Assembly: GCA_963643505.1 (NCBI GenBank)
Contig: CAVIKF010000008.1
Span: 2,363-66,362 of the forward strand
Length of the DNA stretch: 64,000 nucleotides
Direction of reading: 5' to 3'
Source: Eggerthellaceae bacterium
Lineage (GTDB): Bacteria; Actinomycetota; Coriobacteriia; Coriobacteriales; Eggerthellaceae
Each line of letters begins with the position of its first letter. The stretch's first letter is position 1. Shown piece after piece: positions 41,271 to 50,482 of this stretch. The notes under the pieces were generated by a model that saw only the letters and a program-made list of their open reading frames with translations, had not been told where the DNA came from and searched no databases. A program made the position numbers and the translations under genes.

Positions 41271-41864
41271 ATGCCTTACATTCCCGTCGCACAGAAAACC
41301 CCTTGGCAGCAATCCGACGAGATTGACCTGGCCAAGACTGCGATTTTGGTCATCGACGCTCTGGGTGGCGAAAGTGGTGTGATGCCGGGCTTGGAGGAGT
41401 TTGCGCGAAACTGCATCTCCATCGTGAAGGCGGCTCGTACCAAGGGCGTGCCGGTGGTGTTCACCAATGATGCGCATATTCCCGGCCTTGATCGCGAGCT
41501 CGAGCTTTGGGGTGAGCACGGTATCGTGGGCACTGACGCGGCGCAACCGCTGGTTGGCTTTGAAGTGCAGGAGGGCGACTATATCGTGCCCAAGCGCCGC
41601 TACGACGGGTTTTTCCAGACCGATTTGGACTTGACCTTGCGTGAGCTGGGTGTCGACACCCTCATCGTTGTCGGATGTGACACCAACATCTGCGTGCTTC
41701 AAACCTTGGCAGGCGCCTATTTTAGGGGTTACAAGAGCGTTGTCGCTGCGGATGCCACCGCCACGTTTTTGATTGGAACCCAAGAGGCTGGTCTTGAGTA
41801 TTTCACCCGCTGTTACGATTCGCGTGTAGTTCCCACGTCCAAAGTTTTGGAGAATTTAGCGTAG
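41271..41864 (+). CDS. Isochorismatase-family cysteine hydrolase
   Basis: ATG 41271 follows AAGGAAGGAAAAAATC. The ORF-track start at 40770 overlaps the divergent gene and its extension is low-complexity. Motifs are TAILVIDALGG, VVFTNDAH, KRRYDGFFQTDLDLTLRELGVDTLIVVGCDTNICV (catalytic Cys) and the AADA context. Confidence 0.8.
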   Translation: MPYIPVAQKTPWQQSDEIDLAKTAILVIDALGGESGVMPGLEEFARNCISIVKAARTKGVPVVFTNDAHIPGLDRELELWGEHGIVGTDAAQPLVGFEVQEGDYIVPKRRYDGFFQTDLDLTLRELGVDTLIVVGCDTNICVLQTLAGAYFRGYKSVVAADATATFLIGTQEAGLEYFTRCYDSRVVPTSKVLENLA

Positions 41865-41925
41865 AAGTTTTAGCCGATAGGAGGCGCAATTCCTTAACGG
41901 GCGCCGAGTTGACCTGCTGCCCGGT

Positions 41926-41988
41926 CGACTCGGGCGCCGAACCGATCCGAACCGATCGCCGGGCCGACTCGGGCGCCGAACCGATCCG
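41926..41988. repeat. 24-nt perfect direct repeat (period 39) plus GAACCGGTTC palindrome between convergent genes
   Basis: CGACTCGGGCGCCGAACCGATCCG lies at 41926-41949 and 41965-41988. GAACCGGTTC lies at 41997-42006. Confidence 0.85.
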
Positions 41989-42015
41989 CCTGGCCCGAAC
42001 CGGTTCCGAAGCTGC

Positions 42016-42951
42016 CTACTCTCCGGCAAACAGGTCGGTGCTGAAATAGCGTTCAGCGGTGTCGGGCAGGATGGTGACGACGGTTTTTCCAGGGCCAAGC
42101 TTTTTGGCCAAGCGCACCGCGGCGGTTACGTTGGTTCCCGACGAAATGCCGCACATCAGGCCCTCTTCCCGCGCCAAGCGACGTGCCATGGCGATTGCCT
42201 CCGCATCGGTGACGACAGTGATGGCGTTGTAAATATCAGTATCGAGGATGTGGGGAATGACGCCGTCGCCAATACCCATCTGCAGGTGGGACCCCACGAT
42301 TCCGCCTGATAGGATCGCGGCGTGCTCGGGTTCGACGGCCCATATCTCCATTTCAGGAAACTTTTTGCGTAGCGCGGTTCCGATGCCGGTGATAGTGCCG
42401 CCTGTGCCGATCCCGGAGCAAAAGCCGTGAATCTCGCCGTCGTATTGCTCAAGGATTTCGCGTGCGGTTTGACTTTCGTGCGCTATAACGTTGTCATAGT
42501 TCTCGAACTGTTGGGGAACAAACACGTTGGGGTCTTCGGCGGCCATGCGGTTGGCCAAGTCGATGCACTCCGTGATGCATTTTCCGATATCTCCCTCGTC
42601 GTGCACGATCACGGCTTCGGCGCCGTAGTGGTTCACAAGTTTGCGGCGTTCGACAGAAACGCTGTCGGGCATGATGATGCGCGCGCGATATCCCAGCACG
42701 GCACATACAAGCGCCAACCCGATTCCCTGGTTTCCGCTCGTGGGTTCGACGATGATGGAGCGAGCGGGGTCGATTTTGCCGGCTTGTTCCGCAGCGATGA
42801 GCATTTGGTAGGCTGTGCGCGTCTTCACAGAGCCGCCGACATTGACGGCTTCGAATTTCACAAGGATTTGCGCGCTGTCAGGGTCGCAGACGTTGTTTAA
42901 TCGTATGAGCGGCGTGTTGCCAAGCGCGTCTAACACATTGTCAAAAACCAT
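42016..42951 (-). CDS. cysK: Cysteine synthase A (O-acetylserine sulfhydrylase), PLP-dependent
   Basis: Motifs are GNTPLIRLN, FEAVNVGGSVKTRTAYQMI (PLP Lys), VEPTSGNQGIGLALV, GIGTGGTITG and GISSG. A start at ATG 42951 (MVFDNVLDALGNTP) gives 311 aa; the ORF-track start is 42993. Confidence 0.88.
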   Translation of the reverse strand: MVFDNVLDALGNTPLIRLNNVCDPDSAQILVKFEAVNVGGSVKTRTAYQMLIAAEQAGKIDPARSIIVEPTSGNQGIGLALVCAVLGYRARIIMPDSVSVERRKLVNHYGAEAVIVHDEGDIGKCITECIDLANRMAAEDPNVFVPQQFENYDNVIAHESQTAREILEQYDGEIHGFCSGIGTGGTITGIGTALRKKFPEMEIWAVEPEHAAILSGGIVGSHLQMGIGDGVIPHILDTDIYNAITVVTDAEAIAMARRLAREEGLMCGISSGTNVTAAVRLAKKLGPGKTVVTILPDTAERYFSTDLFAGE

Positions 42952-43171
42952 GCCTAAACCTTTCCGGCATAGAGACACAAAAAACGAAACCATTCTAATT
43001 CAGCTCGATGACGTTTTCCATTTAAATATGGTAATTAGATTTATTGTCTTGGGACGATTGAGTCTATTGCCGGGATTGCGCCGCGCGTTCCCTTATCAAG
43101 GCGTAGACTTACTGCCAAGCGAGCCGCACAGTCCTATGTGCCGTTATGTGCCAATCGTGCAATGGACTTGC

Positions 43172-43243
43172 CCGCGAAGATGGGGCCGCGAAGATGGGGC
43201 CGCGAAGGCGGAGTCCACGGAGGTGGGTCCGCGGAGATGGGGG
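43172..43243 (+). repeat. 14-15-nt tandem repeat x5 (CCGCGRAGRTGGGG) ending 4 nt before the N-acetyltransferase start codon
   Basis: CCGCGAAGATGGGG occurs at 43172-85 and 43186-99 (both perfect). Degenerate copies follow: CCGCGAAGGCGGAGT, CCACGGAGGTGGGT and CCGCGGAGATGGGGG (43229-43). Confidence 0.85.
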
Positions 43244-43247
43244 TTTT

Positions 43248-44123
43248 ATGTTGAACGAGAGCCAAGTTCGTGCCTACCTCGAACGCATCGGGTGGTTTGA
43301 GAGCCACGCTCAATTGCCGATGTGCACTGCGGAGGACCTGGATGTTCTCATCTGGCTGCATCAGACCCATGTCCCTTTCGAGAATATTGACGCCCACATC
43401 CTCCATAAGCCGGCGTCGCTGGGTATCGACGACTTGTTTCGCAAGATCGTGATCGACAGGCGTGGTGGTATTTGTTACGAGCTCAACGCGGCTTTTCATG
43501 CGTTGCTGGTCGGTTTGGGCTTCGATGTGTCTCCCGTTTTCGCGCGCAACGTCCGCAACATCCCCGAAGGCGAGCCGGCGCCCATTTCCCATCGCAGTGA
43601 GATTGTGCGTATTGACGAGGGGTTGCGCTACGTTGATGTGGGTTACGGTGGCCCTATGGCAGGATGCTCCCTGCCTGTTTTTGAGGGCTCCAAGACGCTT
43701 AGCGCTGGCCGCTGGTTCCAAATCGAGCGGGGGAGCGAGGAGGGTTGGTTCCAGCTCTCTTATGCTTCCTCGGGTTGTTCTATTGGGGCTGCGGACTTCG
43801 GAGGTGCGAGCACGCCTGCTACTTCGAGTTGTTCTATTGGGGCTGCGAGCACGCCGGTCGACGAGGCGTTCAAGCCGGTTTTGCTCTTTCATGATCGGCC
43901 TGCCCGCGAGGAGGACTTTGTCCCATATTGTTGGTATACCACCATGTGTCCAGAGTCCGTTTTCGTCCGCTTGATGTTTATGAATGTGCGCACAGACACG
44001 GGCAATATCAGCGTCCGAGGCGATGTCTACTCCACCGTTGAGGGGGCCGAGCGTCGTTCGGTGACGATTCGCGAGGAGGAGATACCGCGTCTTGCCGAGA
44101 ACGTTTTCGGCTTGTCTTGGTAG
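43248..44123 (+). CDS. nat: Arylamine N-acetyltransferase
   Basis: Motifs are YLERIG, VPFENID and RRGGICYELN (catalytic Cys), followed by HRSEIVRIDE...YVDVGYGG. A start at ATG 43248 gives 291 aa. The ORF-track extension back to 43146 would translate the tandem repeat. Confidence 0.8.
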   Translation: MLNESQVRAYLERIGWFESHAQLPMCTAEDLDVLIWLHQTHVPFENIDAHILHKPASLGIDDLFRKIVIDRRGGICYELNAAFHALLVGLGFDVSPVFARNVRNIPEGEPAPISHRSEIVRIDEGLRYVDVGYGGPMAGCSLPVFEGSKTLSAGRWFQIERGSEEGWFQLSYASSGCSIGAADFGGASTPATSSCSIGAASTPVDEAFKPVLLFHDRPAREEDFVPYCWYTTMCPESVFVRLMFMNVRTDTGNISVRGDVYSTVEGAERRSVTIREEEIPRLAENVFGLSW

Positions 44124-44150
44124 TGCTGATCTAGGGGGTTGCCGCGCTTC

Positions 44151-44183
44151 CCTGCGCGTCGAAGCGGTCGACCTTCGCGCAGG
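44151..44183. terminator. GC-rich hairpin between convergent nat and gltD (candidate bidirectional terminator, no T-tract)
   Basis: CCTGCGCG(tc)GAAG ... CTTCGCGCAGG. Confidence 0.4.
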
Positions 44184-44267
44184 TCGGCTAGTCGTCTTGG
44201 TGGGCGGCTCCCGCGCAACCTATCCCCCAACCAGCGCGTAACCGACCCACCTACCTCCCAGCTAGCG

Positions 44268-45611
44268 TCAAATGATGCCGGAGTAGCCCATAAGGTACGC
44301 ATCCACATCGCGGGCGACCTTGCGGGCGTCTGCCATGGCGCGAACCACCAAGGATGCGCCGATCGACATATCACCAGCACGAAAGACGTTTTCGCAGGCA
44401 GCAAAATCAACACCTTCCGTGGCGTACGTCTCTGGGCCGCTGAACCCCGAGGCGATAACAAGCATGTCGGCCGCCACGGTGACGTTTCCCTCGGGCGTGT
44501 CCAAAGTGAGTTGCACAAGGCGGCCCGACTCGTTTGCCTGAACGGATGCGACCGTGGACTGGAAACGGCGAATGTCATGGTTTAACAGGGCCGCCGCTTC
44601 TTCGTGGGCATAGTCGGTCATGGGGCCATAGTCGGCAGCGGGACGACGAATGAGTTGGATGACATCCTTTGCGCCCTGGCGAATTGCGGTGGCGATGCAG
44701 TCGTTAGCGGAGTCGCCCGCGCCGACGACGGCGATGACCTTGCCAGAAGCGTTAAATTTCGCGGGAAGGTCGGCTTCCCCAAGTTGGTCGGCGGCGACCG
44801 CGCTCAGGTAGTCAAGCGCGAAACACACGCCCTCGGCTTTGCCCTCGAAGGGGACCTCGCGCGGATTTTGGGACCCGATGGCCAAGACCACGGCGTCAAA
44901 ACTCTCGCTGAGCTCGTCTATGGCGGCGTCAACGCCGATATCCACGCCACACTTGAAGGTGATTCCCTCGGCCTCCATAAGTTCGACGCGGCGGGAAACC
45001 ACACGCTTGGGGAGCTTCATGGACGGGATGCCGTAGACAAGCAAGCCGCCAGGTGTGAGGTTGCGCTCGTAGATCGTCACCTTGTGTCCGCGATGGTTCA
45101 GCAGGTTCGCCACAGTAAGACCAGCAGGGCCGGAGCCGACAATCGCGACGGTCAACCCGCTGCGGCCCTTGGGGGGATTCGGCCTCATGAGTCCATCCGC
45201 GAATGCCTCCTCGATGATGTAGCGCTCGTTGTCGTTGATGGTCACCGGGGCGCCCACCTTGCCTGCCGAACAGGACGCCTCACAAGGGGCAGGGCACACA
45301 TACCCCGTGAACTCAGGGAAACAGTTCGTGCGAAGCAAGCGCTCCAACGCCATGGAGAGGTTCTCGTTCCAAAGCTGGTCGTTCCACTCGGGAATCAGGT
45401 TGCGCAAGGGGCACCCGACGAGCTTGCGACCCATAGTGATTCCGGCTTGGCAAAACGGCACGCCGCAATTCATGCATCGGCCGGCTTGTTCACGTCGGGC
45501 GTTGCAATCCAGGTCGGTGTGGAACCATTCGGAGTTGTTCACGCGTTGGTCGGCCGAGATGCTGGGGGTCTCTTTGCGTGGGTAGTCGATGAATCCTGTC
45601 GGTTTTCCCAT
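44268..45611 (-). CDS. gltD: Glutamate synthase (NADPH) small subunit
   Basis: The N-terminus MGKPTGFIDYPRKE...RCMNCGVPFCQ has the Fe-S Cys pattern. Two dinucleotide-binding sites are present (VAIVGSGPAGL and IAVVGAGDSANDC). The start lies 1 nt after the gltB stop. Confidence 0.92.
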   Translation of the reverse strand: MGKPTGFIDYPRKETPSISADQRVNNSEWFHTDLDCNARREQAGRCMNCGVPFCQAGITMGRKLVGCPLRNLIPEWNDQLWNENLSMALERLLRTNCFPEFTGYVCPAPCEASCSAGKVGAPVTINDNERYIIEEAFADGLMRPNPPKGRSGLTVAIVGSGPAGLTVANLLNHRGHKVTIYERNLTPGGLLVYGIPSMKLPKRVVSRRVELMEAEGITFKCGVDIGVDAAIDELSESFDAVVLAIGSQNPREVPFEGKAEGVCFALDYLSAVAADQLGEADLPAKFNASGKVIAVVGAGDSANDCIATAIRQGAKDVIQLIRRPAADYGPMTDYAHEEAAALLNHDIRRFQSTVASVQANESGRLVQLTLDTPEGNVTVAADMLVIASGFSGPETYATEGVDFAACENVFRAGDMSIGASLVVRAMADARKVARDVDAYLMGYSGII

Positions 45612-45612
45612 G

Positions 45613-48600
45613 TTACTCGTCCCTTTCCAGGAATGCCTTGGTGGCAGCTTCGCTTGGGCTCATGCCTTGGCGGAGATTATCGTTTATCGCGGCGGTCATC
45701 TTGCGATAGGCGTGTGGGATGACCTTCTTGAAGTCTGCGATCCGCTCGTCGAAGTTGGCAAGCATCTCGGCGGCGATGGCGGAGCCGGTAAGGCGGGCGT
45801 GCTCATCGATGAGTTGCCAAACTTGGAGGATGTCCTCGGAGGCGCTAAGTTGCTCGATCGCGACAAGCTCCTTGTTGGTGCGGCGGTACAGGTCGTGGTT
45901 GGCATCGTAGACAAACGCAACGCCGCCGCTCATGCCCGCGGCAAAATTCCGTCCGGTGGTCCCAAGGATGACGACCACGCCGCCTGTCATGTATTCGCAC
46001 CCGTGGTCCCCTACGCCCTCGACCACAGCGCAGGCCCCGGAGTTGCGTACGCAGAAGCGCTCACCGGCGCGGCCAGAAATGAACGCGCGGCCGCTGGTGG
46101 CGCCGTAGAGGGCGACGTTGCCGATGATGACGTTCTCCTCGCTGCGACGTGCACAGCCGCTGCGGGGGTAGGTGATGAGCTCGCCTCCAGAGAGGCCCTT
46201 TCCGAAATAGTCGTTGGAGTCTCCCTCAAGCTCGAGGGTGACGCCCTTCGGGATAAAGGCGCCAAAACTTTGACCAGCGCCGCCGACGAATTTGAAACGG
46301 AAGGTGTCAGGGGCGAGGCTTGTGCCAAAGCGCCGGGTGACCTCAGCGCCAAAAAGGGTGCCGGCAGCGCGGTCTGTCGAGCTGATCGGGAATTCGGGGG
46401 TCTTGTTGCCCGTGCCGTTCTTTGTCTTGCGCGCGTCAAGGACGGGAAGCAGGCAACGGGAATCGAGCGTCTCGTTGAGTTTGAAGTCGTAGACATCCTC
46501 CGCGTTGTAGAGGACAGGAAGCCCTGGGTGTGTTGCGAGGATGCGGCTCATGTCGATCATGTCTGTGCGCTCGCTGGCGAGGTCGCCCGTACGCTCGGGG
46601 GCGACGCTGGTGCCACGGGCGACGCGGAGCAAGGAGGTGTTGCCGACAAGTTCGTCGAGGGTATGCAGGCCAAGTCGGGCCAAGATCTCTCGGAGCTCCT
46701 CGGCGATGAAGCGCATGAAGTTTTCCACGTACTCAGGCTTGCCGATGAAGTTCTTGCGCAGCTCAGGATTTTGGGTCGCAATGCCCATGGGGCACGTGTC
46801 GAGGTTGCACACGCGCATCATGTCGCAGCCCATGGCGACCAAAGGGGCGGTGGCGAAACCGAATTCCTCGGCGCCCAAGGCGGCGGCGATGGCGACATCG
46901 CGGCCGGTCATGAGCTTTCCATCCGCCTCGATGCGGACGTGGCTGCGCAAGCCGTTTTGGATGAGGGTTTGGTGGACCTCGGCGACTCCGAGTTCCCAAG
47001 GCAGGCCTGCGCCGGAGATGGAGCTGCGCGGAGCGGCGCCGGTGCCCCCGTCGTAGCCGCTGACCAACACCGTTTCGGCACCGGCCTTGGCGACACCGGC
47101 GGCGATGGTGCCGACGCCGGCCTCGCTGACGAGTTTGACGGCGATGGTGGCGTCCTTGTTGGCGTTCTTGAGGTCGTAGATGAGCTCGGCTAGGTCCTCG
47201 ATGGAGTAGATGTCATGGTGGGGAGGGGGAGAGATCAACGACACGCCGGGGGTTGAATAACGGGTCTTGGCGATCCAGGGCCACACCTTTTTCCCAGGCA
47301 GGTGGCCGCCTTCGCCCGGTTTTGCGCCCTGGGCCATCTTGATTTGGATCTCCTTGGCGCTGACGAGGTACTCGCTTGTAACGCCGAACCGACCGGAAGC
47401 AACCTGTTTGATGGCGCTGCCGCGCTCGGTCCCGAGGCGCTCAGGCGACTCACCGCCCTCTCCGGAGTTGCTCTTGCCGCCGAGACGGTTCATCGCGATG
47501 GCGAGGCACTCATGGGCCTCCTGGCTTATGGAGCCATAGGACATGGCGCCGGTCTTGAACCGCTTGACGATGTTCTCGGCGGGCTCGACCTCATCTATTG
47601 GAATCGGCACGCGCTCGTCGAAAGTAAACTCCATGAGGCTGCGCAGGTTGTGGGGTTGGGCGTTGTTGTCGAGGATGTCGGAGTATTCGCGGAACTTTTC
47701 GTAGTCACCCTCTCGTGCCGCAGCTTGCAGGTACAAGATGGTACGCGCGTTGAACAGGTGGCTTTCGGCTGTGTCTGAGCTGCGCATCTTGTGGGCGCCG
47801 AAGCTGGAAAGCGAGAGGTCCTCGCCAAGGCCCATGGGATCGAAGGCTGCGGTGTGGCGTTGGCTCACGAGCTCGGCGATCTGGGTGAGCCCGATGCCGC
47901 CGATGCGGCTTACCGTGTTGGTGAAATACGACTTGACCACGTCTTCGGCAAGGCCAAGGATCTCAAAGATCTGGGCGGATTGGTAGGACTGCAACGCCGA
48001 GATGCCCATTTTCGCGGCGATCTTGACGACCCCTTGGAGCACGGCGTTGTTGTAGGCATTGACGGCGACATAGCGGTCGCAATCGAGACTGTCGCTCTCG
48101 ATGAGGTCGCGGATGCACTGGTGGGCAAGGTAGGGGCAAACTGCGCGGGCGCCATAACCGAGCAATGTTGCGAAATGATGGACGCTGGTGGGTTCGGCGC
48201 TTTCGAGCACGACCGAGACCGCGGTGCGCTTCTTTGTGCGGATGAGGTATTGCTCAACCGCGCTGACGGCGAGCAGACTTGGGAGCGCCACGTGGTTTTC
48301 GTCCACGCCGCGGTCGGAGAGGATGATGATGTTGGCTTCGTTGTGGTACGCCTTTTCGATGTTGAGGAACAAACGGTCAAGGACCACGTCAAGAGGCGTG
48401 TTCTCGAAATAGAGCATGCTGATGACTTGGGACTTGAGCTTGGGCGTGTCAAGGGCCTTGATCTTTTCCAACTCCAACTCGGTAAGGATCGGCGAGTCGA
48501 TTTGGAGCAGGCTGCAATTATCCGCGCGGTCCTCGAGGAGGTTGCCGTCGCTGCCGACATAGACGGTGGTGTCCGTGACGATTTGTTCGCGGGTGGAGTC

Positions 48601-50190
48601 GATGGGTGGGTTCGTGACCTGGGCAAACATTTGCTTGAAGTAGTCAAACAACGGCCGGCGTTTCGTGTCGAGCACCGCGAGGGGTGTGTCGACCCCCATG
48701 GCCGCGGTGGGCTCTACCCCGGTGGTCGCCATGGGCAAGATGACCTCGTAGATATCTTCATAGGTGTAGCCGAACGCGCGGTAGAGGCGTTTGAGCTCGT
48801 CGTGGTTGTAGTGACTCACGCGCTTTTTCGGCGTGGGGAGGGCGTCGAGTTTGACAAGCTCACAGTCTAGCCATTCGCCGTAGGGGTGTTGGGCAGCGTA
48901 GTCGCCCTTGACGGTGGCGTCGTCCTTGAGCTCGCCTGTGCGGGTGTCGACCACCAACATGCGGCCGGGTTCGAGGCGCGACTTGGTGACTATGGTCTCA
49001 TCGGGGATGTCTAGGACGCCTACCTCGGAGGAGAGGATAAGGCGGTCGTCGTCGGTGACGTAGTAGCGGCAGGGGCGTAAGCCATTGCGGTCAAGAGCGG
49101 CGCCCATGACCTCGCCGTCGGTGAACAGCAAGGCGGCGGGGCCGTCCCAAGGCTCCATCATGGATGCGTAGTAGTGGTACATGTCGCGCACATCGGATGG
49201 GGTGTTGGTGTTCTTGCTCCAAGGCTCGGGGACAAGCATCATAACGGCATTGGGCAACTCGATACCGGAGAACATAAGGAACTCCAGCGTGTTGTCGAGC
49301 ATGGCGGAGTCGGACCCGTTGGCGTTGACCACCGGCATGACGCAATCCATGTCATTAGCGAAATACGGCGTGGACATGGTCTCCTCGCGGGCGTTCATGC
49401 GATCAAGGTTGCCGCGAATCGTGTTGATCTCGCCGTTGTGGAGCAGGACGCGGTTGGGGTGTGCCCGCTCCCAGCTGGGGTTCGTGTTGGTCGAGAAGCG
49501 GGAGTGGACCATGGCGATGGCACTTTCGCAACGCTCATCTTGCAGGTCGAGGTAGAACTTGCGCAACTGATCCACGAGGAACATGCCCTTGTAGACGACG
49601 GTGCGACTGGAAAAGGAGGCAACGTAGGTGTCGTCGGCGGATTGCTCAAACTCGCGGCGAATCAGGTAAAGCACACGGTCAAAAGCGATTCCGGGCTCCA
49701 ATGCGGACGGGCGCGCCACGATGGCTTGCCATATGGAAGGCATGGCATCGAGGGCCTTTTGCCCCAAGACGCTCGGGTCGGTAGGGACCTCTCGCCAGGT
49801 GAGGAACTCCACGCCGCGCTTGGCGACGATGACCTCGAGGGCGCGCATGCGCAAACGGCGCGTCATCCTGTCTTGGGGGAAGAAGAACATGCCGATACCG
49901 AAATCGCCGTCGGCGCCGAGGGGCTCGGGTCCCCGGTCGTCTTCGATGAGCCCCTCCTCGATCACTACCGCGTTCATCAGCTTGGTCGGTACCTGTATGA
50001 TGATGCCGACGCCGTCGCCGGTTTGCCCGGAGGCGTCCTTGCCGGCGCGGTGCTCGAGCTTCTCGACGATGCTCAAGGCGTCGCTGACGCAGTCGTGGCT
50101 TTTTATGCCCTTGATTTGCACGACGCCGCCGATGCCGCAGGAATCATGCTCAAAGGCCGGGTCGTATAGCGTCGCGTTGTTCTTTTCCAT
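45613..50190 (-). CDS. gltB: Glutamate synthase large subunit
   Basis: The N-terminal amidotransferase motif is HDSCGIGGV. The central and FMN domains include GAMSYGSIS, KSNSGEGGE and GEGGHLPG...ISPPPHHDIYSIEDL. The C-terminal GXGXG domain includes AGQSFGAF and GDHGCEYMTGG. I prefer ATG 50190 because GGAGGAG lies upstream; the ORF-track start is 50205. Confidence 0.95.
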   Translation of the reverse strand: MEKNNATLYDPAFEHDSCGIGGVVQIKGIKSHDCVSDALSIVEKLEHRAGKDASGQTGDGVGIIIQVPTKLMNAVVIEEGLIEDDRGPEPLGADGDFGIGMFFFPQDRMTRRLRMRALEVIVAKRGVEFLTWREVPTDPSVLGQKALDAMPSIWQAIVARPSALEPGIAFDRVLYLIRREFEQSADDTYVASFSSRTVVYKGMFLVDQLRKFYLDLQDERCESAIAMVHSRFSTNTNPSWERAHPNRVLLHNGEINTIRGNLDRMNAREETMSTPYFANDMDCVMPVVNANGSDSAMLDNTLEFLMFSGIELPNAVMMLVPEPWSKNTNTPSDVRDMYHYYASMMEPWDGPAALLFTDGEVMGAALDRNGLRPCRYYVTDDDRLILSSEVGVLDIPDETIVTKSRLEPGRMLVVDTRTGELKDDATVKGDYAAQHPYGEWLDCELVKLDALPTPKKRVSHYNHDELKRLYRAFGYTYEDIYEVILPMATTGVEPTAAMGVDTPLAVLDTKRRPLFDYFKQMFAQVTNPPIDSTREQIVTDTTVYVGSDGNLLEDRADNCSLLQIDSPILTELELEKIKALDTPKLKSQVISMLYFENTPLDVVLDRLFLNIEKAYHNEANIIILSDRGVDENHVALPSLLAVSAVEQYLIRTKKRTAVSVVLESAEPTSVHHFATLLGYGARAVCPYLAHQCIRDLIESDSLDCDRYVAVNAYNNAVLQGVVKIAAKMGISALQSYQSAQIFEILGLAEDVVKSYFTNTVSRIGGIGLTQIAELVSQRHTAAFDPMGLGEDLSLSSFGAHKMRSSDTAESHLFNARTILYLQAAAREGDYEKFREYSDILDNNAQPHNLRSLMEFTFDERVPIPIDEVEPAENIVKRFKTGAMSYGSISQEAHECLAIAMNRLGGKSNSGEGGESPERLGTERGSAIKQVASGRFGVTSEYLVSAKEIQIKMAQGAKPGEGGHLPGKKVWPWIAKTRYSTPGVSLISPPPHHDIYSIEDLAELIYDLKNANKDATIAVKLVSEAGVGTIAAGVAKAGAETVLVSGYDGGTGAAPRSSISGAGLPWELGVAEVHQTLIQNGLRSHVRIEADGKLMTGRDVAIAAALGAEEFGFATAPLVAMGCDMMRVCNLDTCPMGIATQNPELRKNFIGKPEYVENFMRFIAEELREILARLGLHTLDELVGNTSLLRVARGTSVAPERTGDLASERTDMIDMSRILATHPGLPVLYNAEDVYDFKLNETLDSRCLLPVLDARKTKNGTGNKTPEFPISSTDRAAGTLFGAEVTRRFGTSLAPDTFRFKFVGGAGQSFGAFIPKGVTLELEGDSNDYFGKGLSGGELITYPRSGCARRSEENVIIGNVALYGATSGRAFISGRAGERFCVRNSGACAVVEGVGDHGCEYMTGGVVVILGTTGRNFAAGMSGGVAFVYDANHDLYRRTNKELVAIEQLSASEDILQVWQLIDEHARLTGSAIAAEMLANFDERIADFKKVIPHAYRKMTAAINDNLRQGMSPSEAATKAFLERDE

Positions 50191-50292
50191 AGTGCGCTCC
50201 TCCATAGATAGACGAATCTAGGCTACGTGAGGACGTTTGCGCGTGTATTAAGCGATTATTACAAGGTTGTTTCGCGCAAAATTGCGGTAATA

Positions 50293-50319
50293 GGCGGAAG
50301 GGGATGTGTCCCTCCCGCC
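50293..50319 (-). terminator. Imperfect GC-rich hairpin downstream of moeA and upstream of gltB (weak terminator candidate)
   Basis: GGCGGAAGGGGA-TGTG-TCCCTCCCGCC. On the minus strand it is followed by TATTACCGCAATTTTG. Confidence 0.35.
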
Positions 50320-50340
50320 TTGATGAAACCACCGATGCGC

Positions 50341-50482
50341 GTCGCCGCGGCTAGGATAGTGCAGCTAGATGAGCTAGGGTGTTGCGACCAGGGCGGCACG
50401 ACCAGGGCGGCGCGACCAGGGTGTTGCGACCAGGGTGTCGCAGCTAGACGTCGCGGCTGGGATAGTGCGGCTAGATGAGCTC
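50341..50482. repeat. Composite repeat: ~32-nt direct repeat flanking five ~12-nt GCGACCAGGG-type units
   Basis: GTCGCCGCGGCTAGGATAGTGCAGCTAGATGAGCT (50341-75) resembles GTCGCGGCTGGGATAGTGCGGCTAGATGAGCT (50451-82). The second copy includes the moeA stop codon. The units between them read (G)TTGCGACCAGGG / CGGCACGACCAGGG / CGGCGCGACCAGGG and so on. Confidence 0.85.

Noticed and set aside
45589-50169. Plus-strand ORFs of 534, 359, 331 and 372 aa overlapping gltB and gltD (45589-47193, 47791-48870, 49174-50169, 44604-45722).
   Set aside because: They are antisense to genes with full-length, textbook glutamate synthase motifs. The translations are Gly/Ala/Asp/Val-rich mirror products.
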